NCBI GenBank assembly: GCA_963706025.1
Contig: CAVPLM010000003.1
Span: 736,001-800,000, forward strand
DNA: 64,000 nucleotides
Source of the DNA: an uncultured Actinomycetes bacterium
GTDB taxonomy: Bacteria > Actinomycetota > Thermoleophilia > RBG-16-64-13
Direction of reading: 5' to 3'
Position 1 is the first letter of the stretch; each line of letters opens with the position of its first letter. A program made the translations under genes and the position numbers. The notes under the pieces are model-generated. The model was not told the DNA's origin. It saw only the letters and a list, made by a program, of their open reading frames with translations, and searched no databases. This document shows positions 19,383 through 30,131 of the stretch, one piece after another.

Positions 19383-20519
19383 ATGCCTCTGGAAGCCTTC
19401 CAGTCCTCCGCGAGTCTGACCCTTGGTATCGAGCTCGAACTGCAGCTCCTGTCAGCCCAGGACTTCGACCTCACCCGCGCCTCGCCGGATCTGATTCACT
19501 ATCTGTCCGACGTCCCCACGCCGGCGACGTGAAGCCGGAGATCACCGAGAGCATGCTCGAGGTCAGCACCGGAGTGCACTCACGACTTCTGGTCGCTGGT
19601 CTTCGAGTTGCGGCAGATCCGGGACGATGTTGGCCAAGGCGGCCGGTGCACTCAACGTTGTCGTCTCCGGCGGCGGCTCCCACCCCTTCCAGCACTGGCC
19701 CGACCGGAGCATCTACGAGTCACCCCGGTTCCACGTCGTCTCGGAGCTGTATGGGTACCTCGCCAAGCAGTTCACCGTGTTTGGCCAGCACGTTCACCTC
19801 GGCTGCACGGACGGCGACCAGGCCTCTACCTGCTTCATTCACTGTCCCGCTACGTGCCGCACTTCATCGCGCTAGCCGCAAGCTCGCCGTTTAGCCAGGG
19901 AACGGAGACGCTGTTCGACTGCTCTCGACTCAGCTCGGTGCTGGTGTTCCCTCTCTCTGGAAGAGCTCCGTGCCTACTCAAGTGGAGCGACTTCTGCGCG
20001 TATTTCGAGCAGATGGAGGCCTTGCAGATAGTCAAGAGCATGAAGGACTTCTACTGGGATATCCGGCCCAAGCCGGGATTCGGAACGATAGAAGTCCGAG
20101 TCTGCGATACACCTCTTACTGTCGAGCGGGCCGGGGTACTTGCCGCATACATGCAGGCCCTCTCCAGCTACATACTGGAAGTGCGTCCGGGAACCCCGCG
20201 CGAGGACGACTACCTTGTCTATAGCTACAACCGGTTCACGGCTTGTCGCTTCGGCCTGGGAGCGGTCTATATCGATCCAGCCACCGGTTCTCATCTGCCG
20301 CTACGCGACCACATCGTCTACACGCTGGGCAAGCTCGCGCCATATACGGCGGCACTGGGGTCGAGGCCGATGGTGGACTATCTGCTCGAGTTGCTCAATG
20401 GAACCGGGAACGACGCTTCCTGGGTCCGGACCAGGTACCGAGCGGTCAAGTCCTTCCAGACGCTCATGATGGAGCAGGCGAGGCGCTGGGCGCAGAACGA
20501 TCCGATTCTGGGACTGTAA
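19383..20519 (+). pseudogene. ybdK: YbdK-family carboxylate-amine (glutamate-cysteine) ligase with about four frameshifts
   Basis: [65 protein letters not shown] are spread over three frames. Confidence 0.85.
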
Positions 20520-20571
20520 GATGAAAAGGGTCCGAGACTGCTAACGATCTCCACGAGAGGATTGCCTGCCG

Positions 20572-21372
20572 ATGGCAGAGAGGAATCTCCCCTACGCCCT
20601 CGAGAGTATGGCCGAAATCAGAGAAGTAATCGGGGGACGCAAGCTGGCATTCTTCTTGGATCTCGACGGTACCCTCGCCCCCATTGCTTCTCGCCCCGAA
20701 CTGGTCGAGGTTCCGGCTAAGACCAGAGCTGTGCTTGTCTCGTTGGCCGAGCTCCATCTGGTATGCGTAGCCTCTGGTCGCGGGCTGGAAGATGTCCGGC
20801 GCCGCATTGGGTTGGAGTCGATCTACTATGTGGGAGACCACGGCCATCGCATCATGGGGCCCGAAGGATCGGGGATCTATCTTGAGGTTGGGGCAGAATA
20901 TCAAGAGGAACTTCAAGCGGCCGCTCGGGAGCTGGAGCGCCGACTGCTCGGAGTTGATGGTGCAATGGTGGAAGCAAAGGGACTCTCGCTCTCGGTCCAC
21001 TACCGCCTGGTGGTCGAAGACAAGCGACCGCTGGTACAGCGGGCGGTGGCGGAGGTGGCCGAGAGATTCCCTACGCTTCGTTTGACCGGGGGCAAGATGG
21101 TGTACGGGATGCGACCCTCGGGAGCTTGGCACAAAGGCCGGGCGATCCTCTGGCTGCTGGAACGGCTGGATTTGGGACGAGCCGATGTGTGCCCCGTCTG
21201 CCTGGGAGATGACCTTACCGACGAGGACATGTTCGCGGCGGCGGCTGGGTGGGGAGTAACCGTGGTGGTCGGCTATGCCGAGCGACCGACCAGGGCGCAC
21301 TATCGAGTGCGCGATTGCGATGAGGCTACGGCCCTACTCGGCGCTTTCGCGGCCGGTAGAGACCATGCTTAG
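20572..21372 (+). CDS. otsB: Trehalose-6-phosphate phosphatase
   Basis: FLDLDGTLAPI, SGR, SVHYR, W.KGRA, LGDDLTDEDMF. Confidence 0.93.
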   Translation: MAERNLPYALESMAEIREVIGGRKLAFFLDLDGTLAPIASRPELVEVPAKTRAVLVSLAELHLVCVASGRGLEDVRRRIGLESIYYVGDHGHRIMGPEGSGIYLEVGAEYQEELQAAARELERRLLGVDGAMVEAKGLSLSVHYRLVVEDKRPLVQRAVAEVAERFPTLRLTGGKMVYGMRPSGAWHKGRAILWLLERLDLGRADVCPVCLGDDLTDEDMFAAAAGWGVTVVVGYAERPTRAHYRVRDCDEATALLGAFAAGRDHA

Positions 21373-21633
21373 CTTCCGCAGCGTCGTCGTGGAAGCCTCT
21401 GCGCAAGGACCTTCCACGATCGGTTTCATATCTGCAGCCGTAGCCGGGCGGCTGTCGCCGTGACGTGACCGCGCTTAGTCTCGGCGCCAGCTGGGGCACA
21501 TGCTGCGTGACATCCGGTCCGTCTGCATCTACCATGACTTGAGGTGGCTCTCGCCCATGGGAAAGAGGCTGCATCGAGGTCGGCTTCTACTATCATTTGG
21601 CGGCCGTCTCTCGGGATCGACCAAGGAGGACCA

Positions 21634-23121
21634 GTGGGTACCGAATCGACCAAGAGACTGATCGTGGTCTCCAACCGCCTGCCCTACGTACTTGAGAGGC
21701 AGAACGGCGGCTACTGGCGGCTTGAGCCCGGCTCGGGCGGTCTGGTAACAGCTCTGCTTCCGGTGCTTCGCGATCGCGGTGGTGTCTGGATCGGATGGCC
21801 GGGTACGACTGAGGTGGTGCCAAATGTCACCGAACTCTTCCACGGCGCCTCCCGAGAGGCTGGATACACTTTGGAACCGATCTCTCTCACAAAGGAGGAA
21901 GTCGACCAGTACTATCACGGGTATTCCAATGAGAGTGTGTGGCCCCTCTTTCATGACCTCCAGTCTCGCTGCGAGTTTGAGCCGGAGTACTGGCATGGCT
22001 ATGTGAAGGTCAACAGGAAATTCGCCGAGGTCCTTGCTTCCCATTGCCAGGCCGATGACTTCGTGTGGATCCACGACTATCAGCTCATGGACGTGGCTCA
22101 CCACGCGCGGGAATTGGCCTGCGGCGTAGACTTGGCCTTCTTCCTGCATATCCCCTTCCCGCCACCAGACATCTTTATGAAACTCCCGGAACGGCAGGCC
22201 ATTCTCACGTCGCTTCTCGCCTACGATCTGGTCGGGTTCCAAACCCAGCGAGACCGGCGCAATTTCATCCAATGCGTGCGAACGCTGATAAGGAGCGCTC
22301 GGGTACAGGCCCAGGGCCATCTGCACGTAATCAAGCTCGGGGATCGGGAGATGCGGGTAGGCAACTTTCCCATCGGCATAGACGCGGCCTCCTTTGCCAC
22401 GAGGGCAGGAGCGCCCGAGGTGGAAGAGAGAGTACAGGCCATTCGTTCGCGTTTTGCCGGGCGTCAGATCGTCCTGGGACTGGACCGCCTGGACTACACC
22501 AAGGGCATCCCCCAAAGGCTGCGCGCCTTTGCCAATCTCTTGGAGCGATACCCGGAGATGCGGACACGGATCCACCTTTTCCAGGTGGTAGTTCCGAGTC
22601 GCGTGGGCATCCCTAAGTATGACGAGCTCAAACTGGAGATCGAACGCATGGTTAGCGAGATCAACGGGCGCTTCTCGGAGATGGGATGGGTACCCGCCCA
22701 CTACTTCTTCCGCAGCCTTGCCCAGACCGAGCTCCTAGCCTTCTACCGGGCCTCAACCATTGCTCTTGTCACCCCTTTGAAGGATGGCATGAACCTGGTC
22801 GCGAAGGAGTACTGCGCCGCGAGCCTCGAGGAGGATTCAGTCCTCATTCTGAGCCAGTTTGCAGGCGCTGCGGCGCAATTGGGTCGGGCGGCCTTAGTGG
22901 TAAACCCCTATGATATGGAGCAGACGGCCGACGCCATCTACAATGCCTTCCAGATGGCTCCAGGCGAGCGGCGCTATCGCATGAAGCAGCTGCGACGTAG
23001 CGTCCGTTCACAGGATGTGTTCTGGTGGGTTGATTCCTTCATGCGCGCCGCCATCGACAAAGAGCTCCGCGACTTCCCGGTCCTGGAGGAGTACATCCCT
23101 GAGCACCATGAAGCCGGCTAG
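21634..23121 (+). CDS. otsA: Trehalose-6-phosphate synthase (GT20)
   Basis: VVSNRLP, GGLVTAL, WPLFH, WIHDYQL, FLHIPFP, DRLDYTKG, DGMNLVAKEY; AAGGAGG SD before GTG 21634. Confidence 0.95.
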   Translation: MGTESTKRLIVVSNRLPYVLERQNGGYWRLEPGSGGLVTALLPVLRDRGGVWIGWPGTTEVVPNVTELFHGASREAGYTLEPISLTKEEVDQYYHGYSNESVWPLFHDLQSRCEFEPEYWHGYVKVNRKFAEVLASHCQADDFVWIHDYQLMDVAHHARELACGVDLAFFLHIPFPPPDIFMKLPERQAILTSLLAYDLVGFQTQRDRRNFIQCVRTLIRSARVQAQGHLHVIKLGDREMRVGNFPIGIDAASFATRAGAPEVEERVQAIRSRFAGRQIVLGLDRLDYTKGIPQRLRAFANLLERYPEMRTRIHLFQVVVPSRVGIPKYDELKLEIERMVSEINGRFSEMGWVPAHYFFRSLAQTELLAFYRASTIALVTPLKDGMNLVAKEYCAASLEEDSVLILSQFAGAAAQLGRAALVVNPYDMEQTADAIYNAFQMAPGERRYRMKQLRRSVRSQDVFWWVDSFMRAAIDKELRDFPVLEEYIPEHHEAG

Positions 23122-23340
23122 ACTCAAGACCAGTGACCAAGGCCGCGAGAGCCGGCCATGCTGACCCCGGCCCAGTACCTCACGTCCGCGGGGAGGAAGT
23201 CTTTGGTGCTGCTCTACGTCCGCTGAGACTGGCCGCACCACTCCAGGATGATGTACGGGTTCCAGTAGGCCTCACGACCGCGTGGTTTTGGTCGCTGGCG
23301 ACTGGTACACCATAGGACACCCGGGGAGTTTTTTTGGCGA

Positions 23341-25149
23341 CTAGCCCATTCTCCCTGCGACAGCCCGCCTAGCCTGGAATTCGGCCATGGAAGCGGACTC
23401 CCGACGCCGCACCCGCCCGGACGTGTCGAGCGGAAGCACGTTGAGAATATCGAGTAGCGACCGATGAAGTGTATGCTTCGCCGCTTTTTCCACGAGTCTG
23501 GATTTCGGCCTGAATGCCACTGAAAGCCCGGCCTCCCTGAGCATGCAGATGTCGTTGACCCCATCACCCACGGCCAGCGTACTCTCCGACACCAGACCGG
23601 CCGTCTCGGCCAAGTGGCGCATCACGTTCGCCTTGCACAGGGGGTGCAGCCGGCACCCATCGGGGTCGACCATCGCCGACGAAAGGGAGACTTCCCCGGT
23701 CGCCGCGCCCTTCTGGAAATGCAGGACGTGGGCCACACAGAAGTCGGCAAACACTCGGCGGCGCACTATCTCCGCCGCAACGTAGAAGCTGTCGGTCACT
23801 ATGCCCACGGTGTACCCGGCCTCTCGCAGCCTTATCACGGCCTCGATGGCGCCCTCCATCAGCGGCATTGCTTCGGCTGTCTCCTCGAAGACTCGCTGGG
23901 ACACGCCCACAAGCAGGGATGCGATGAGCCGGGTCCGATCTACGTCCGACAGGCTCTGGTTGTCCAGAAAACGTTCTAACTCCGAGCGCGCACCGATACG
24001 ATCGGCCACCTCCAAAACGAACCGGCCATCCAGCAAGACCCCATCCATGTCGAGGAGAGCGAACTTTTGGACGCTCTCGAGGTCGTCGACGGCAGGAAGA
24101 ACCTCGGCTCTTGCTCGGCGCTCCACTTCCTCCATAGCACGCACCTGGTTGATACTCAGGCGCTCGTATCGCCAAGCACGATCGAGGATCACTCGGGTGA
24201 CCTGCTTGGCCATCTGCCCCAATGCGTCGAGCGACTGGCTCTCGTGGTCGATCCAGCCAATATCCACCTCTACCGCCCGCGCGCCCTTGCTCACCGCGTC
24301 GATGAGTAGACCCACGTCGGCGCCGAAGTCATTCTCCAGCCGAACGTTCCGAAGCACCGAGCGCCGAACAGCGACGATCCCACCGAGCGGCTGATCAAAA
24401 CCCGCTAGCTCAGGAAAGAAAGCCCCGAGGAGAGGGCGGGCGGTAAGGACAGTCTCGCGTCCAGCGTCGCGGGTGAACTTGGCCTTGACGAAATCCGCCT
24501 CTCCGTCGAGGATCGGGGCGACCATCTTCTGCGCGAAATCTTCCCGGATCTCGAGAAGGTCACCGTCCAGAAAGAGCACTATCTCCCCGGTAGAAGCTTG
24601 TATGCCATCCGTCATGGACGCGCCTTTGCCAAGCGAAGAGCTCATCATCGTATGGGCACCTTCGCGTGAAGCGACCTCCGCCGTGCCATCGGTAGACCCG
24701 TCGTCTACGACCAGAACCTCGCCCACGGTTGGATGGCGCTGCACGAGTCGGACCAAGTGACCTATTGTCTTCGCCTCATTTAGGACCGGGATTACCACGG
24801 AAACCGACCCTGCGCCCTTACCGTTCGGGTTGTCGCCATCTTCATGTTCTAGGCGGCGTTCACCGGGAATCATCTCAAGGCGAGAGGGGCCACCGTTATT
24901 GCTGCCTATCTGATCAGCCCTGGCTAAGCCAACATTCGTAAGGGCAATGTGGCCGAGAGTTGACCACGCCACTATGCCGCGACGAACCCAGAAGTCACAG
25001 AAATGGTCTGCATCGTCGTCAGAGAGGGCGAGCTGTTCCTGGAGCTCGGTGTACGATACGCCAGTCTTTGCCTTGCCATCCGCCAGCTCGTAGATGGCTC
25101 GCAAGTACCGCTGCTCTGCTTGACCGATCACTTCTTCAGGTCTCATCAC
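23341..25149 (-). CDS. Fusion: winged-helix domain + GpgS-like glycosyltransferase + HAD-IB phosphatase
   Basis: YLRAIYEL..LT..G N-domain; VVIPVLNE, GKG, DGD, GR.T.LTARPLL...FPEL..F.QPLGG; DMDGVL, VTDS, K, VGDGVND. Confidence 0.8.
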   Translation of the reverse strand: MMRPEEVIGQAEQRYLRAIYELADGKAKTGVSYTELQEQLALSDDDADHFCDFWVRRGIVAWSTLGHIALTNVGLARADQIGSNNGGPSRLEMIPGERRLEHEDGDNPNGKGAGSVSVVIPVLNEAKTIGHLVRLVQRHPTVGEVLVVDDGSTDGTAEVASREGAHTMMSSSLGKGASMTDGIQASTGEIVLFLDGDLLEIREDFAQKMVAPILDGEADFVKAKFTRDAGRETVLTARPLLGAFFPELAGFDQPLGGIVAVRRSVLRNVRLENDFGADVGLLIDAVSKGARAVEVDIGWIDHESQSLDALGQMAKQVTRVILDRAWRYERLSINQVRAMEEVERRARAEVLPAVDDLESVQKFALLDMDGVLLDGRFVLEVADRIGARSELERFLDNQSLSDVDRTRLIASLLVGVSQRVFEETAEAMPLMEGAIEAVIRLREAGYTVGIVTDSFYVAAEIVRRRVFADFCVAHVLHFQKGAATGEVSLSSAMVDPDGCRLHPLCKANVMRHLAETAGLVSESTLAVGDGVNDICMLREAGLSVAFRPKSRLVEKAAKHTLHRSLLDILNVLPLDTSGRVRRRESASMAEFQARRAVAGRMG

Positions 25150-25578
25150 TCCGCCTTTCCCGCGACAAGGGGTAACGTGTCACGTACGGTTGGGGTGATA
25201 GCCAGCAAGACTGAGCTGACCGTAAGTAATCTGTTGCTTCAATGTTAGCAACCAATGCCTGACCAAAGCCTGAACACAGCTTATGGAGCAGCTACAGATC
25301 CCGCCAGAGCTAGACCGGGGCAACACACAATCGACGCTGGAGAGAAGGAACTTCTTGCGCCGGTGACTCACGTGGCGACGTAGTGCCCGTCGGACAGCGC
25401 TTATGATCTTCATGGCGGCGAAACGCGCACGGGTGACGGACTTGGCTGGACCCGCAGCCACCCGGCCTGGGTATACCGCGAGTCTCAGGCGCTTAGAATG
25501 GTCTCAAGGTGGCAGGGGAGGTGCTGGGACCAACTTGTGTGTGACAGTCCGTCCCAGACCTGCATATAGAGGAGCAAG

Positions 25579-25704
25579 TTGGGTCAGTTCACGCAGTGGG
25601 ACGGTCAGCCGAGGGCACTCGAAGGCAAAGAAGCCGAAGGCGTGAAGCTCGTACAAAGAGGGGAGGAGACGTACCTGGTGCGGCAGCAGGTCGCCAGCAA
25701 GTAG
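25579..25704 (+). CDS. Small hypothetical protein (41 aa)
   Basis: GAGGAG SD, TTG start, MGQFTQWDGQPRALEGKEAEGVKLVQRGEETYLVRQQVASK. Confidence 0.35.
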   Translation: MGQFTQWDGQPRALEGKEAEGVKLVQRGEETYLVRQQVASK

Positions 25705-25774
25705 TTGTCACACCGTGCCGAGGGGCGATCTTTTGGCTCTGCCCTCGCCGCCCGAGGCGAATAAGGGCGCTCTC

Positions 25775-26755
25775 CTAGAGGCTTGATGTGATTTAGCGGC
25801 CATCATAGATGGCAAGAGCGCGGGCGGGGCGATGGGCGAGAGTATTGAGCAGCATTCCGATGGTAAGAGCGAGGATCCGTTGAGCGATACGCATGGCAAG
25901 ACCTGCCGGGGTGCGAGCCAGGTGCTGTTCGAGCCGCATCTGGCCTTTCAAGTTGGCAAAGACGCTTTCGATCACCAGGCGAGTGGAGGCAAGGGCCCGC
26001 TCCCGGCCGCTGTTTTCAGGTGTGCGCACCTTGGCCGGCGTGAGCAGTCTCACCCCCTCGGCCGCCAGCCTTTCCTCGTAGCTTTCGCCCCAGAAGCCCT
26101 TGTCGGCCACCACCACCTCGGCTGGCGTTCCGGAAAGCAGATCGGCCAAGGGCTCCCGCTCCTTCTCGTTTGCGGGCACCACGGTATAGCCCGAGGGGCA
26201 GACCGCGCAGATCGGTGAGAAGCACGAGGCGCACTCCCCAGAGGTAGCGGTGCTGGGATTTGGCATAGCCGTAGCGGGCAAAGCCCCGGAAACGGCTGCG
26301 CTGCTCACATCCGGGATAGCCGGCCACAGCCAGCGCCGTGCCGTCGGCCAGGCGCACTCGGCCCAGATCGATAAGGCGGGCCAACCGTTCCTGCACGATG
26401 CTGATGAGCCCCACCAGGCTACGCAGCCGGCGGTTGTACTGGGACTGGTCAGGCAGGTGGGGAAACCAGCCCGGCAGCCTATGCGAGACCAGCCCCAGGA
26501 ACTGCCGATCGGAGCTGATGCCCATGGCCGCCTGGGCCACCGAAAGGGCGACCAGCTCGGCATCGGTTATGAGCGGCGGTCTTCCGTAGGTAAAAGGGAC
26601 TCCGTACTCATCGGCGAAAAGGTAAGCTGCAACGACGAGGGCTTCCAGATCAAGCGTCATCTCGAGCCTCCATCTCGAGGGGACATGTCTGGAAGCCCTT
26701 CGTCATCAATGAGCGGGACCCTGCCCGCCCGCGCTGTTTCACATCAAGCCTCTAG
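25775..26755 (-). mobile_element. Insertion sequence, IS982-like
   Basis: Perfect 17-bp inverted repeat CTAGAGGCTTGATGTGA at 25775-25791 and 26739-26755 (the outer CTAG may be a target duplication), enclosing a DDE transposase. Confidence 0.88.
25793..26660 (-). pseudogene. IS982-family DDE transposase, one extra base near 26190
   Basis: GRPP.ITDAELV, FP.LP.QS.YNRRLR, LADGT, ARYGY..S, then ADKGF and R..IESVF..LK in the next frame. Confidence 0.82.
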
Positions 26756-26801
26756 CTGAAGATAGCCTGCAATCGAAGCAAGACAAGCACTCCAGAGCGT
26801 C

Positions 26802-26841
26802 TTGACGTTATGACGGTAATGATGAATACTGGTGTCATGAC
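26802..26841 (+). promoter_or_regulatory. Sigma70-type promoter of the TA operon, leaderless, with palindrome GTCATGAC over the start codon
   Basis: TTGACG-17 nt-AATACT, with ATG 6 nt after the -10. Confidence 0.65.
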
Positions 26842-27070
26842 TCAGGCATTGAGAAGGAGCACGATCTACCTGGATCCGGAGCTGCATAGGGCGCTCAGGA
26901 TCAAAGCCGCGGAGACCGACCGTTCTATCTCCGATTTGATCAGCAACGCAGTTAAGTCCGCCTTGGCCGAGGATGCCGAGGATCTCGAAGCGTTCGAAGA
27001 GCGTGCTTCAGAGCCCGACCTTCTGTTCGAGACCGTGGTGAGGGCTCTGAAGGCGGATGGGAAGATATAG
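26837..27070 (+). CDS. Ribbon-helix-helix (CopG-like) antitoxin
   Basis: RSTIYLDPELHRALRIKAAETDRSISDLI; acidic tail; overlaps the toxin gene. Confidence 0.85.
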   Translation: MTQALRRSTIYLDPELHRALRIKAAETDRSISDLISNAVKSALAEDAEDLEAFEERASEPDLLFETVVRALKADGKI

Positions 27071-27317
27071 GGTCTTCATCAAGCCCTCCGCCGTCCGCGA
27101 GATCGAGGGGATCGCTGAAACGAAGCAGCGACAACAGATCGTCGCAAAGATCGAGGCCTTGAGTGACGACCCCCGCCCGCCGGGCTGCGAGAAGCTGACC
27201 GGCCGGGAGCAGTACCGCGTACGGCAAGGCGTCTATCGGATCGTCTACGCGATCGAGGACGACCGCCTCGTGGTGTACGTGGTCAAGGTGGGTCATCGAA
27301 GCAGCGTCTACCGGTAG
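27057..27317 (+). CDS. RelE/ParE family type II toxin
   Basis: DPRPPGCEKLTG, YRVRQGVYRIVY.IED, VKVGHR..VYR. Confidence 0.9.
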   Translation: MGRYRVFIKPSAVREIEGIAETKQRQQIVAKIEALSDDPRPPGCEKLTGREQYRVRQGVYRIVYAIEDDRLVVYVVKVGHRSSVYR

Positions 27318-27394
27318 ACACCTTCGGCGAATCGGATTGCGCCGTGGCTATGAACCCGACACATCCTGAACCAGCACGTGGCGCTGTATCCGGG

Positions 27395-28942
<1,548 letters not shown>

Positions 28943-28952
28943 CTAACGGACC

Positions 28953-29645
28953 ATGAGCATCGACACGGTCATCTTCGATCTGGACGGCGTCATCCTCGAC
29001 ACCGAGCAGGTGTGGCACACCGTACGTCGTGATTTCGCCTTGGCCCACGGCGGCCACTGGGACGAGCGTGACCAGCCTGCCGTCATGGGAGCCAACTCCA
29101 TGCAGTGGGCGGCGTACATGCGCGAGCAGAGCGGCGTGCACCTGTCCGACCAAGAGATCTACGACGCGGTAATCGGCGCACTGCGCGAATGGTATGCCCG
29201 AGACCTACCGCTGGTCCCCGGGGCCCGGGAGGCGATAGTCGGCCTGGCCTCGGAGTATCGCCTGGGCGTGGCCTCGTCGTCTCCGAGGGAGCTCATCGAA
29301 GACGCTCTGGAGCTGGCCGGCCTGCGCTCGCACTTCGAGGCCGTGGTCTCCTCGGATGAAGTACCGCGGGGTAAGCCTGCGCCCGACGTGTATCTGGAAG
29401 CGTGCGCTCGGCTTGGGGCGTCCCCCCAGCATTCGGCGGCGGTGGAAGACTCGTCGAGCGGGCTTCAGGCCGCGGCCGCGGCCGGCCTAGCGGTCATCGC
29501 CGTGCCAAACCTGGACTTCCCACCATCGACCGACGCGATGAGGGCGGCTGACTTAGTCCTGGGCTCGATCGCCGAGCTAACCGCCGAGGTGGTGGCATCT
29601 CTCAGACCGGGGGAAGAAAGACGAGGGGGAGATGGTGGCAGATAG
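28953..29645 (+). CDS. HAD superfamily IA phosphatase
   Basis: IFDLDGVILDTE, VASSS, GKPAPDVY, VEDS..G. Confidence 0.92.
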   Translation: MSIDTVIFDLDGVILDTEQVWHTVRRDFALAHGGHWDERDQPAVMGANSMQWAAYMREQSGVHLSDQEIYDAVIGALREWYARDLPLVPGAREAIVGLASEYRLGVASSSPRELIEDALELAGLRSHFEAVVSSDEVPRGKPAPDVYLEACARLGASPQHSAAVEDSSSGLQAAAAAGLAVIAVPNLDFPPSTDAMRAADLVLGSIAELTAEVVASLRPGEERRGGDGGR

Positions 29646-30021
29646 GGATTCTCTGGACGAGTTCCTGAAAGGGCAGCGCTGGGCCGTGGTAGGGGCCTCG
29701 GCAGACAGGACCAAGTTCGGGAACATCACCCTCCGCGAGCTGCAGAGCCGGGGAAAGCAGGTATACCCTGTCAACAAGAGGTCGAAGAAGATCGAGGGCG
29801 AGACCTGCTATCCGAGTTTGTCGGCGCTGCCGGAACCGGTGGACAGGGTCCTGCTCGTGGTGCCTCCGAAGCAGAGCGAGGCTGTGGTGAAAGAGGCGGC
29901 CGAGGTCGGCATCGACAGCGTGTGGTTCCAGCCGGGAGCGGAGTCTGAGGCTGCCCTCGCCTACTGCGAGGCCCACGGTATGGTGGCGGTCTCGGGCCGC
30001 TGCATCCTGAGGACGTTCTGA
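29632..30021 (+). CDS. CoA-binding protein (YccU-like)
   Basis: AVVGAS, VYPVN, VWFQPGAES, GRCI. Confidence 0.9.
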   Translation: MVADRDSLDEFLKGQRWAVVGASADRTKFGNITLRELQSRGKQVYPVNKRSKKIEGETCYPSLSALPEPVDRVLLVVPPKQSEAVVKEAAEVGIDSVWFQPGAESEAALAYCEAHGMVAVSGRCILRTF

Positions 30022-30131
30022 CCCGGAGCTGCTCTGACCCGGGTGCCGGCGGAGCCGGGTGCTGCGGGGGAGCGGCCGGAGCCTGGTCCCAGGGTCCCGG
30101 TCCCCGATCGCGGCGGGGATTCCCGCTGGAT

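Noticed and set aside
18164-19894. Antiporter-YbdK fusion protein (576 aa)
   Set aside because: Artefact of clustered indels; each gene has its own natural stop or start
17282-25563. Shared CCGTCCCAG(A)CCTG near both island ends as possible att sites
   Set aside because: Too short and imperfect, does not coincide with the truncation points, and there is no integrase
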